A DNA stretch of 64,000 nt from Nitrospirota bacterium (GCA_015233615.1 JADFXJ010000002.1:10667-74666); one strand, 5' to 3'. Shown: positions 8,874 through 17,446, counted from the stretch's first letter. Notes: a model not told the origin generated them from the sequence alone. Program-made: numbers and translations.

Positions 8874-10235
8874 ATGAGTGTACCTATACCTATCGTTTTC
8901 CTTTCGTATTCACACGATACCGACGCACACAAAGAGTGGGTCTTGAAGCTTGCCACCGATCTGATGGCAAACGGCGTGGATGCCGAGCTTGATCAGTGGG
9001 ATTTGGTTCCGGGTCAGGACATTGTCGCATTCATGGAAAAGGGTATTTCGGATTCCGACCGGGTGTTGATGATATGCTCCGAATCTTATGTGAAAAAAGC
9101 CGATAAAGGCTCCGGAGGTGTTGGTTACGAGGGGCTCATTGTCACGTCAGAGGTCGCGCAGAACATCGATACCATGAAATTCATTCCGCTTATTCGAAAT
9201 AACCCATCGAGTTCAAAGCTTCCCAGGTTTCTCGGTCATCGTCTCTATGTCGATTTTTCCAACGAAGAGCAGTACGACACGAAGCTGCAAGAACTACTGC
9301 GGGCGATACATCGGGTAAAAGTTAAGCCACGGCCCGGTCCAAACCCATTTTCCACTACTACTGCAGCCCGCGAGGATATATATACAGAAACTCAGAGTGC
9401 TATATATACCGATCCGGTAACGGGTACCGAATTAGTCCTGGTAAAGGGCGGGTGCTATCGGATGGGCAATGTGTTCGAAGCTGATGGGGATGGGTATGAA
9501 GACGAAAAGCCTGTCCACGAGGTTTGTGTGGATGATTTTTATCTGGGGAAATATGAGGTGACTGTCGGTGAATTCAAGACATTCGTGGATGAAGCAGGAT
9601 ACAAGACCGAGGCGGAAAAAGGTGATGGTTCTTATATTTGGACAGACAAAGGATGGAGAAAAGACAAAAACGCGAACTGGAGTAATCCCGGGTTTAAGCA
9701 GGATGATAAGCACCCTGTAGTCTGCGTATCGTGGAATGACGCGATAGCTTATATAGAGTGGCTATCCGCAAAGACCGGAAGGAAGTATCGTTTGCCAACT
9801 GAGGCCGAGTGGGAGTATGCGGCACGAAGTGGAGGAAAGGACTACAAGTATAGTTGGGGGAACGGAACACCTTCAGGCAATATCGCAGATGAAACTTTAA
9901 AAAGGCAGTTCCCGGATTGGTCCTGGCCTATTTGGGAGGGTTATGAGAGCGGCTATATATATACGGCACCTGTTGGAAATTTCATGCCAAATGAGATTGG
10001 TATATATGACATGAGTGGTAACGTGTGGGAGTGGTGTCAGGATGTTTATGCTTCGGATGCTTACAAGAAACACGCACGGAACAACCCTATATATACGGGG
10101 GATAGTGCCAGTAGTGTTATACGCGGTGGCAGTTGGTACACCTTACCGCGCTATGTGCGGGTCTTCCGCCGCGGCGACGGCGCGCGCGATGGCCGCAACT
10201 GCTACGTCGGGTTCCGCCTCGCAGGAATAAAATAA
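8874..10235 (+). CDS. TIR/SEFIR-like domain fused to an FGE-sulfatase (SUMF1-fold) domain
   Basis: N-terminal IVFLSYSHDTDAHKEWVLKLATDL..GVDAELDQWDLVPGQDIVAFMEKGISDSDRVLMICSESYVKKA is TIR-like. C-terminal HPVVCVSWNDAIAYIEWLS..YRLPTEAEWEYAARSGG..NVWEWCQD..RGGSW..GFRLAG is the FGE-sulfatase fold. Confidence 0.85.
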   Translation: MSVPIPIVFLSYSHDTDAHKEWVLKLATDLMANGVDAELDQWDLVPGQDIVAFMEKGISDSDRVLMICSESYVKKADKGSGGVGYEGLIVTSEVAQNIDTMKFIPLIRNNPSSSKLPRFLGHRLYVDFSNEEQYDTKLQELLRAIHRVKVKPRPGPNPFSTTTAAREDIYTETQSAIYTDPVTGTELVLVKGGCYRMGNVFEADGDGYEDEKPVHEVCVDDFYLGKYEVTVGEFKTFVDEAGYKTEAEKGDGSYIWTDKGWRKDKNANWSNPGFKQDDKHPVVCVSWNDAIAYIEWLSAKTGRKYRLPTEAEWEYAARSGGKDYKYSWGNGTPSGNIADETLKRQFPDWSWPIWEGYESGYIYTAPVGNFMPNEIGIYDMSGNVWEWCQDVYASDAYKKHARNNPIYTGDSASSVIRGGSWYTLPRYVRVFRRGDGARDGRNCYVGFRLAGIK

Positions 10236-10316
10236 CATTTTTGGTTTTTACCTTTTTACCTTTTGGAAAGCCTCACTATACGCAAGTATAGTAACAGAAT
10301 CTTTGGTATTTTGGTA

Positions 10317-10357
10317 GTGGAGGGCACCTTCGGTGCCCTCCACCGAAAATTTTTTTA
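10317..10357 (+). terminator. candidate rho-independent terminator after the TIR-FGE gene
   Basis: Perfect 12-bp GC-rich stem gtggagggcacc / ggtgccctccac with a ttcg loop. It is followed by cgaaaattttttt. Confidence 0.6.
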
Positions 10358-10433
10358 GTATTCTCGTATAACTGCTACCTTGTTTTGTATATATACCATA
10401 TATATAAATAGTAGCGGTGGAGGATTATCATTA

Positions 10434-10728
10434 ATGTCTGCAAATGTGTCTGCAACAAAGATAAACCAATTCAAACCGGACTACGCCGTCTCACCGGGGG
10501 GAAATCCTTGAATAAACATTGGAAGCCCGCGGAATAAAGAAAGAAGCTTTTTGCCGCCATGTGTGGCCTTCCGGTTAAAACCGTCATTCAAATTATACAG
10601 GGAAAGGAGCCTGTTACTCCGGAAACTGCAATACTATTTGAGCGAGTACTGGAGTTCCCGATTACGTGTGGAATAATATCGAGTCTTCATACCGTATTCA
10701 CTTAGCCAGGGTATTATCCGCTACATAA
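10434..10728 (+). pseudogene. higA: decayed HigA/VapI-type HTH antitoxin gene
   Basis: Pieces FKPDYAVSPG / EILE*TLEARGIKKEAF / CGLPVKTVIQIIQGKEPVTPETAILFERVL / GVPDYVWNNIESSYRIHLAR occur in three different frames with an in-frame stop. No higB partner lies upstream. Confidence 0.55.
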
Positions 10729-10749
10729 CTTTGCAATCGAAGAGAGTTA

Positions 10750-11256
10750 TTACAACGCTCCAACATGCTTAAGCTCTTCTTTTGAAAATGTTTCCTGCTC
10801 TTCCTTCTGCAACTCTTCGATAACTCGTTTCTTCTTATCTTCACTTAATGCATCTGGATTCTCATAAATTAACTGCAACAGATTGTGAGGCTCCATGGCT
10901 GATTTCAGTTCCTTGTCATGTTCAGCAGTCTGAAGTGAACCGTTTTCATAACGGTGTAACGTAGCCACACCCCATCCCAAAATCTCACTCAACTCAGATT
11001 GAGTCAAGTTATATTTTATTCTGAATCTCTTCAGTTCATCAGGCTGAACCATTCCGTGCCTTCTGCGGTATTCCCTGTAAGCTTTGCTAACGGAGTCATC
11101 ATCAGCAAGAGGATCATCAAAAATAGAGTTACAGGTTAAACATTTCAGACATGAAGACTCTACTTCGATGTCCTCCCCACGGATTTTAAACACTTCCGGA
11201 AAAACTATATTTACTATTTCTCTTTTGGCTTCACAAATTGGGCATATATCTTTCAT
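10750..11256 (-). CDS. mqsA: MqsA-family antitoxin (zinc-ribbon plus XRE HTH)
   Basis: CPICEAK...CLKCLTCNS zinc ribbon followed by the HTH YNLTQSELSEILGWGVATLHRYENG. The ATG at 11256 overlaps the toxin stop as ATGA. An alternative ATG lies at 11271. Confidence 0.8.
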   Translation of the reverse strand: MKDICPICEAKREIVNIVFPEVFKIRGEDIEVESSCLKCLTCNSIFDDPLADDDSVSKAYREYRRRHGMVQPDELKRFRIKYNLTQSELSEILGWGVATLHRYENGSLQTAEHDKELKSAMEPHNLLQLIYENPDALSEDKKKRVIEELQKEEQETFSKEELKHVGAL

Positions 11257-11618
11257 TTTGCTCCCATGCAAGGAAACTTTAGGGGGTGTTTTGCCTCATG
11301 AAAAGAGATGCATTTTGCAATATGCGGCTTCTCTTCAATCTCGGCTATCTTAAGTTTGATATAGATTGTCACGTTTTCAATACTCTTGCCAAAGACCCAT
11401 ACTTCACCTTTCATCCCGCTATCATCTACCAAGGGCCCCCTACAATAGTCTTGAACAGACAGAGACAATATTTCATAATAGCGGTTCTTCTTAGTCAGAC
11501 CAATGTCGGCTAATGTTTGGTTATTGACCCGCCTCGGTACGACGTCTATTCCTCTTCTATCTGCTATTTGCTTAAACACCATAAGAAATTCCCGTACCCG
11601 TTTTGTCGTTTCATTCAA
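11253..11618 (-). CDS. mqsR: MqsR-family toxin
   Basis: LSLSVQDYCRGP...GEVWVFGKSIENVTIYIKLKI...AKCISFHEAKHP matches the MqsR family. It sits upstream of its antitoxin, as in mqsRA. The start is uncertain: TTG at 11618 or the internal ATG at MVFKQ. Confidence 0.7.
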   Translation of the reverse strand: MNETTKRVREFLMVFKQIADRRGIDVVPRRVNNQTLADIGLTKKNRYYEILSLSVQDYCRGPLVDDSGMKGEVWVFGKSIENVTIYIKLKIAEIEEKPHIAKCISFHEAKHPLKFPCMGAK

Positions 11619-11989
11619 CTATAAAACTGCTGAGAGAATAACGTGTGCAATTCTCAGCTTTATTATAATATCAATTGATAAGAATCTCAACATAAATTAT
11701 CGATTGAGCCGGATGTCCTCCTTCTATTGTAAAGCCATGCGTGAGACACTACACTAACGCAAGGACAGGGCAAGGACAGGGCAGAGTGTTGCGCCTTGCC
11801 GGATTGACAGAAAAAAGTTGAGCATAGCGTTTAGTTGCGGCCAGGGCGGCAAACCAGTGTGAATCGATGAAAAAATAAAAAATAATTAGCTTTTAATGTT
11901 GCATTTTTATATATGATATATAATATAATATACGTTTACCGTATTTATAGCACATTGCACATTATAGTATTGCACATTACAATAATAGT

Positions 11990-12781
11990 ATGGTGAACAG
12001 TTTAATGAATGGCATAATGAATGGTGAGTGTGAGATCGAGGTTAAGGGGCTCAGTTTTTATTACAAGAGAGATCTGTGCGCTCTGAAGGGTATCAACCTG
12101 ACTATACGTAAGAACCAGGTGACTGCTCTGATCGGGCCTTCCGGATGTGGGAAGACTACCCTCTTGCGATGCTTTAACAGGATGCACGACAACTTTTCCG
12201 GTTGCAGGTACGAGGGAGAAATATTCTTTAATAACTGCAACATATTGTCTGAATCTATTGATCTCATCGACCTAAGGAGCCGGATAGGTATGGTTTTTCA
12301 GAGGCCGACTCCATTTCCAATGACCGTGTTTGAAAACGTAGCTTACGGCCTCAGGCTCCGGGGGATTAAAAACAAGAACGAGCTTTATGAGTACGTAGAA
12401 AACGCACTGAAGCAGGCAGCCCTCTGGGACGAGGTAAAAGACAGGCTTCACGCCAATGCCTACAACATGTCCATCGGACAGCAACAGAGACTCGTTATCG
12501 CAAGGAGTCTGGCCGTAAACCCTGAAGTTATACTCTTCGACGAACCCACCTCCGCTCTTGACCCAATATCCACGGCCAAGATAGAGGATTTGGCCTCCAA
12601 CCTCAAGTCTAAGTACACTATCGTCATAGTTACGCACAACATGCAGCAGGCAGCGAGGATCTCCGACTATACCGGCTTCCTGATGCTCGGTGAACTAATA
12701 GAGTACGATAGCACCGATAAAATATTTACCAATCCTTCCAACACTATGACGGAGGACTACATATCGGGCAGGTTTGGTTAA
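11990..12781 (+). CDS. pstB: phosphate ABC transporter ATP-binding protein PstB
   Basis: [22 protein letters not shown], the PstB-typical Walker A context, plus the [16 protein letters not shown] signature and [12 protein letters not shown]. Confidence 0.95.
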   Translation: MVNSLMNGIMNGECEIEVKGLSFYYKRDLCALKGINLTIRKNQVTALIGPSGCGKTTLLRCFNRMHDNFSGCRYEGEIFFNNCNILSESIDLIDLRSRIGMVFQRPTPFPMTVFENVAYGLRLRGIKNKNELYEYVENALKQAALWDEVKDRLHANAYNMSIGQQQRLVIARSLAVNPEVILFDEPTSALDPISTAKIEDLASNLKSKYTIVIVTHNMQQAARISDYTGFLMLGELIEYDSTDKIFTNPSNTMTEDYISGRFG

Positions 12782-13459
12782 ATGTCGTTTAAAACGGAGG
12801 AACTGAAGAGGCTCAAGGAGACCATCCTCAAAATGGCGTCCCTCGTTGAGGTTGCCATAAGGGATTCCGTGAAATCTCTCGTGGAAAGGGAAGCTCAGCT
12901 ATCTGATGCCGTCATAAAAAACGACCACGTAATAAACACCCTGGACGTACAAATAGACGAAGAGTGCATAAGGCTGATTGCCAGAAGGCAGCCCGTGGCC
13001 AGGGACCTGCGCTTCATCACCACGGGTATGAAGATAACCACCGACCTGGAGAGAATCGCGGATCACGCCGTAAATATCGCCGAAAAGTCCAGGGATTTGA
13101 ACGACATGCCCGTTACGCGGGCGTATAACGACATATCTAAAATGCGCGAGGTCGTCCAGCGCATGGTAAAAGACGCTATCGACTCCTTCGTAAACGAGGA
13201 TAGAAAATTGGCAAAAGACGTCATTATAAGAGATGACGAGGTCGATGACCTGAATGCTTCCATAATCGACGACCTGATCTCCACGATGATCGAAAACTCC
13301 GCGAGCGTGATACAGTCCACGAAGTTAACGTACATATCGAGGAACCTGGAAAGAATCGCGGACCTTGCCGTAAATATCTCCGAGATGGTCATATACATGG
13401 TAGAAGGACGTATTATCAGACACATGGCAAATCTTAACGAACTAAACGGCAAGCTCTGA
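12782..13459 (+). CDS. phoU: phosphate signalling complex protein PhoU
   Basis: Two PhoU repeats with the motifs DLERIADHAVNIAE and NLERIADLAVNISE. The start follows the pstB stop directly (taaatg). Confidence 0.95.
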   Translation: MSFKTEELKRLKETILKMASLVEVAIRDSVKSLVEREAQLSDAVIKNDHVINTLDVQIDEECIRLIARRQPVARDLRFITTGMKITTDLERIADHAVNIAEKSRDLNDMPVTRAYNDISKMREVVQRMVKDAIDSFVNEDRKLAKDVIIRDDEVDDLNASIIDDLISTMIENSASVIQSTKLTYISRNLERIADLAVNISEMVIYMVEGRIIRHMANLNELNGKL

Positions 13460-13510
13460 TGTATCACCGACTCCGCTGAACTGCCGTTATAAACGCACGT
13501 GCCACCCATA

Positions 13511-14305
13511 TCAGAAGAATTTGGTTACGTCTTCAAGTGAAAGCTGGCCCGGTGCAGTCCTGGTATTTAGCGAGGCAAAGGTAAACAGTGAGCCTATCAG
13601 CGGGAAAAACAGGCGCGAACTCATCGCCATCTCACCCATGGCTATAACTACTATGTCATTTATGCCGCTGCCGCTATGGTCGAGTATAAAGCGCGTTAAC
13701 ACCCTAAGGTCATCCATCGTGCGGGCCATGGCTGCTATCTTGATTATATCTGCGCCGAGAGACTTACCCTTTTCATAGACCTCGATTAACGTGCTCATTT
13801 GCGGCGTTTTTTCGAAATCGTGGTAAGACAGCACGATTGTGGCAGCCGTATCGGTAACAACCGCAGCCGTATCGGTAACGGCCGCCGACGTATCGGTAAC
13901 GGTCTTCGCAGTTGAAGCCCTGAGCGCAGACACCACCAACGGAGCAATTGCCGAATTGATTTCGACGTCTATGGCGTCGGCTTTATGCGATGCCGATATC
14001 AATATGTCCTTTCTCGAAGAGTCCGGTACATAATGGCTGCCCCCTTCCTCTTTGGCCCTGCATGTGGCCAGAACGGGTAACCCAAACTTTTCTTTGCACG
14101 TGGAAATGATATGGTCTACGTAATAGGAGTCCAGAAGGCGGTTCAGGGAAGAGAACATGTCCAGCCTGAGTTCTGCAATGTGTGCTCCTTCAAGGGATTG
14201 GACGGCTTCTACGTCACTGTCGGTTAGCGGCACTGCTATGAGAGGTTTATAGCCTGAGCGACCACCCCGGGTAAAAATGTTAAACGGTTGTTTGCCTGAT
14301 AGCAA
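13511..14305 (-). CDS. aroD: type I 3-dehydroquinate dehydratase with an internal heptapeptide repeat
   Basis: AELRLDMF, LATCRAKEEGG, IDVEINS, LSYHDFEKTP and ADIIKIAAMA are AroD motifs. A VTDTxAA x3 insertion precedes LSYHDF. Confidence 0.85.
   Translation of the reverse strand: MLSGKQPFNIFTRGGRSGYKPLIAVPLTDSDVEAVQSLEGAHIAELRLDMFSSLNRLLDSYYVDHIISTCKEKFGLPVLATCRAKEEGGSHYVPDSSRKDILISASHKADAIDVEINSAIAPLVVSALRASTAKTVTDTSAAVTDTAAVVTDTAATIVLSYHDFEKTPQMSTLIEVYEKGKSLGADIIKIAAMARTMDDLRVLTRFILDHSGSGINDIVVIAMGEMAMSSRLFFPLIGSLFTFASLNTRTAPGQLSLEDVTKFF
13845..13907. repeat. 21-bp x3 in-frame tandem repeat inside aroD
   Basis: Units are gccgtatcggtaacaaccgca / gccgtatcggtaacggccgcc / gacgtatcggtaacggtcttc. 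Confidence 0.9.
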
Positions 14306-15566
14306 GGTAATCGTCCTGTGCCCTTACCTGGATTCCCAGGCGGACGTCATTCATTTCGCTTATGCAGTTTGCAGCTACGCGTACGACGTCTTTATCGAGG
14401 GCGTTGTTGTTGCCCAGCACCTCTATGAGTAAAAGAGCCTCTTTCTCGCTCAGGCCTTTTCTGTAAGGACGGTCTTCGGACACTGCGGTAAAGACATCGG
14501 CAACTGCCATTATACGGGATCCGAGGGGGATGTCGTTGCCCGTCAGCCGAAAGGGGTATCCCTTGCCGTCCATCCTCTCGTGGTGCAGTGCAGCCCAAAG
14601 AGTGATGGTATCGAGCCCTTTTACGGAACTTAATATTCTGTAGGAGTGGTAAACGTGGCTTTTCATTACGTTAAACTCTTCGTCTGTCAGCTTTGCAGGC
14701 TTTTCCAATAATTCCGTGGCAACCGAAAGCTTGCCAACATCGTGAAGATAACCGGCTATCCCCATCATACGACGTTCCACTTCGGAAAATCCTATCAGTT
14801 GGGCCAGCAAACCCGCCACGGCACTTACACCGGCTGAGTGCACTGCGGTAAAATTACTGCGATAATCTATTATGTGGCTGAAGAGCTTCGCTATTTCGGC
14901 CAGTTCGTGTACGCTGACTTCCTGCTGTGGCAGTATACACAGGTCCGACACGGTTTCGTCTATTTCGGGAGAAGATACGTCAAACCAAAAATACTCCTTC
15001 TGAGCTATTTCGCAGAAAGCCTCTACGATTTCAGGGATATAGCAGGAGTTCAAACGGCTTTTGATGGCCTTAACGATGGAATCCTTTTGCTTCAGTATCT
15101 CCGTCTGCCTGTTTATCAGTGTATCTATCCTGTCTGCCAAGTGAATGACGTGGGAGCCGATGGGAATCGGACATCCTTCGGCGAACTGGCCGCTGCCTTC
15201 GTCCCAGTTGACGTGGTGGTAGCGTATGACGTCGGCAACCTCGGTAAACATACTGAAGTCTTTCATTAGCAGGTACCCTCTCTCGGCGTGCTCACGGGTG
15301 TTTATGAAGTCACATTCGGAAAGTTGCAGTTTTTCGCTTAAAGTAAATACGCCGACGTCGTGCAAAGCGGCGGCCATGAAAATGGTTACCCTGTCGTTTC
15401 TAGTCAGGTTTAGTGTCTCTGCGATTCTGTCGGCTATAACCGCTACTCTCAAATGATGGTTGGCAACGGTGCGGTCTACATAATCCAGAGCCTTGGAAAA
15501 GGCGATTATGAGGTCACCCAGCATAACTCTGCTTATTTTACCGTACATGATAAATTTATTATACAT
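14280..15566 (-). CDS. tandem HD / HD-GYP domain protein (probable c-di-GMP phosphodiesterase)
   Basis: The first HD domain (HHLRVAV..ALHDVG..RYHHVNWDEGSG) is degenerate. The second is canonical (HSAGVS..YLHDVGKLSV..HHERMDGKGYPF). Confidence 0.85.
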   Translation of the reverse strand: MYNKFIMYGKISRVMLGDLIIAFSKALDYVDRTVANHHLRVAVIADRIAETLNLTRNDRVTIFMAAALHDVGVFTLSEKLQLSECDFINTREHAERGYLLMKDFSMFTEVADVIRYHHVNWDEGSGQFAEGCPIPIGSHVIHLADRIDTLINRQTEILKQKDSIVKAIKSRLNSCYIPEIVEAFCEIAQKEYFWFDVSSPEIDETVSDLCILPQQEVSVHELAEIAKLFSHIIDYRSNFTAVHSAGVSAVAGLLAQLIGFSEVERRMMGIAGYLHDVGKLSVATELLEKPAKLTDEEFNVMKSHVYHSYRILSSVKGLDTITLWAALHHERMDGKGYPFRLTGNDIPLGSRIMAVADVFTAVSEDRPYRKGLSEKEALLLIEVLGNNNALDKDVVRVAANCISEMNDVRLGIQVRAQDDYLAIRQTTV

Positions 15567-15794
15567 TCATTCCGATAAAAATGTAATATATTTTTATAAA
15601 CCCGGTGTGTGGCCCCCTCGCACAGAACCCGGTGGTTAGAAAATGCTTTTTTCATTTTGTATAATCCGCTATAATATATCTCGTATAGATTTATTCTATT
15701 AATAATTTACATGGGTAATAGCTTATATGGGTTAGAATTTCGAAACCTGTAATAGCTAACGTTGTACCTAATGAAAATCGATTATGGAGGAGCC

Positions 15795-16190
15795 ATGAAA
15801 AAAATAGTCTCTACCGAAACTTTTTCGGACGGGCAGGTGATAATCAAGCAGGGTTCATTCGGAGAAGGTACATTTGTCATTCTTTCTGGCAGAGTGGCAA
15901 TTAACGTAAAGGACAACGGCGTGAACATTAACGTCGGGTACCTGGAAACGGGCGATATCATCGGCCATATGAGTCTTATAGACAGGCAGCCCCGTTCTGC
16001 TTCGGCCATAGCCGTGGGTGAGGTCAAGGTTGGTCTTTTCGACAAGGATTACCTGGATACGGAAATAAATAAGACGTCCGAGGATTTTCAGATCATACTG
16101 AGGGCCATGACGGAAAGGCTAAGGGACACGACGTCCCGCCTGGTAAACCTGTCCATAAAATATTACAAGCTCACGGGTTCTCTCGAATAA
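15795..16190 (+). CDS. cyclic nucleotide-binding domain protein
   Basis: GDIIGHMSLIDRQPRSASAIA fits the CAP-effector phosphate-binding cassette. A ggagga SD lies before the ATG at 15795, while the ORF track starts at 15762. Confidence 0.8.
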   Translation: MKKIVSTETFSDGQVIIKQGSFGEGTFVILSGRVAINVKDNGVNINVGYLETGDIIGHMSLIDRQPRSASAIAVGEVKVGLFDKDYLDTEINKTSEDFQIILRAMTERLRDTTSRLVNLSIKYYKLTGSLE

Positions 16191-16348
16191 AGCCCTGCCG
16201 AATAAGGCCACGATGTGCCATAGTGTCGTGTCAAGGATGATTCGACGCATTCCGGCTCGTGAATCCACTGTCAGCACTTAGCTTTGGAGGGCGGTATATC
16301 TTTTGGAGATGACGCAGTAAGTGCCCCACGGGCACCGTAGGCGCTGCC

Positions 16349-16639
16349 TCACAGAAGAGCTCTGGACAATATAAACGAGGAACCCTCTTCTTTTTCTACC
16401 TTTTTGAAAAAATCACAAAACATGCACGATATAAGATTTCCATAAGCGGTACAGGTGTTTTTCCCGGAAAATGATCCGGCCATAGTCCAGCAGTTGCGTC
16501 CGCCATTGTCACCGTTATTGACGCCGTCGGTTTTTTCGTTGGCAGCGGCTGGACAAACGTCATGTGATTTCACGTTATGGCCGCCGGGCTCTCTGCCGCA
16601 CCGCTTGAACTGCCAACAGTTTTCCTTCATATAGGACAT
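16349..16639 (-). CDS. small Cys/Trp-motif protein (two-CW type)
   Basis: NCWQFKRCGREPGG...VCPAA...NGGRNCW...CMFCDFFKKV gives two CW motifs and 8 Cys in 96 aa. It resembles what I recall as two-CW domain proteins. Confidence 0.6.
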   Translation of the reverse strand: MSYMKENCWQFKRCGREPGGHNVKSHDVCPAAANEKTDGVNNGDNGGRNCWTMAGSFSGKNTCTAYGNLISCMFCDFFKKVEKEEGSSFILSRALL

Positions 16640-16816
16640 ATGGCAACAACCCTCTCACGTTAAATAACTTATACGACGTATATAATGCCGGAGACTTCGT
16701 TAGAAACCCGATATACCAAAACATGCTGCAAGACATGATATAACATGATATGATATAATCCTGTGATATATGCGATGTAAAACATCGTAGCATAGATTCC
16801 AGGTAATGTCAAATCG

Positions 16817-17446
16817 ATGGAGAAAATTGATGGAGAAAACACAATGAGAGACGATACACGGTTAGCAGAACCGGTTAGATGTCCATGGCCGGGGGAGGAC
16901 TCCCTGTATGTTGCCTATCACGACTTCGAGTGGGGAGTTCCTGCTTATAACGACGGAATCCTCTTTGAGTTTCTCGCCCTCGAGACGGCCCAGGCGGGGC
17001 TGAGCTGGATAACCATCCTGAGAAAACGTCAAAACTATCGCAGGGCATTCGATGGTTTTGACCCGGAAAGGATAGCCGCATACGGCGAGGGTAAAATCGC
17101 GGAACTTATGGAGGACTCCGGTATAGTCAGGAATCGGCGTAAGATAGAATCGGTCGTTGCAAACGCCAGGTCCTTTTTGAAGGTACGTGACGAATTCGGG
17201 AGTTTCAGCGTGTATGCCTGGCAGTTTGTCGGAGGCCGCCCGATTATTAATGCATGGAAAGGGGTAACGGAAATCCCCGTTTACACGCCTGAGGCACGGC
17301 AGATGAGTAAAGATCTCATTGGGCGTGGTTTTAAGTTCGTCGGCCCAACCATTTGCTATGCCTTCATGCAGGCCACCGGAATGGTGAACGATCACGTGGT
17401 AAACTGTTTCAGGCACGGTGAATTAGCAGACGGAGGGCAGCGGTAA
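16817..17446 (+). CDS. tag: DNA-3-methyladenine glycosylase I
   Basis: CPWPGEDSLYVAYHDFEWGVP...FEFLALETAQAGLSWITILRKRQNYRRAF is the Tag signature. Confidence 0.9.
   Translation: MEKIDGENTMRDDTRLAEPVRCPWPGEDSLYVAYHDFEWGVPAYNDGILFEFLALETAQAGLSWITILRKRQNYRRAFDGFDPERIAAYGEGKIAELMEDSGIVRNRRKIESVVANARSFLKVRDEFGSFSVYAWQFVGGRPIINAWKGVTEIPVYTPEARQMSKDLIGRGFKFVGPTICYAFMQATGMVNDHVVNCFRHGELADGGQR

Noticed and set aside
8871-8956. N-terminal 29 codons of ORF 8531..8956 (MASFKTHSLCASVSCEYERK...)
   Set aside because: This part is antisense to the start of the TIR-FGE gene and has no transposase similarity. The transposase relic is trimmed to about 8531-8870.
11954-11979. Direct repeat attgcacatta x2 (15-nt period) just upstream of pstB as a Pho box
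   Set aside because: It matches neither the enterobacterial Pho-box consensus nor its 11-nt periodicity as I remember them. It is too close to the start codon to be a -35 substitute, so it is left as unexplained.
16321-16335. Palindrome gtgccccacgggcac as a terminator for the two-CW gene
   Set aside because: The stem is short and there is no T run on the relevant (minus) strand.
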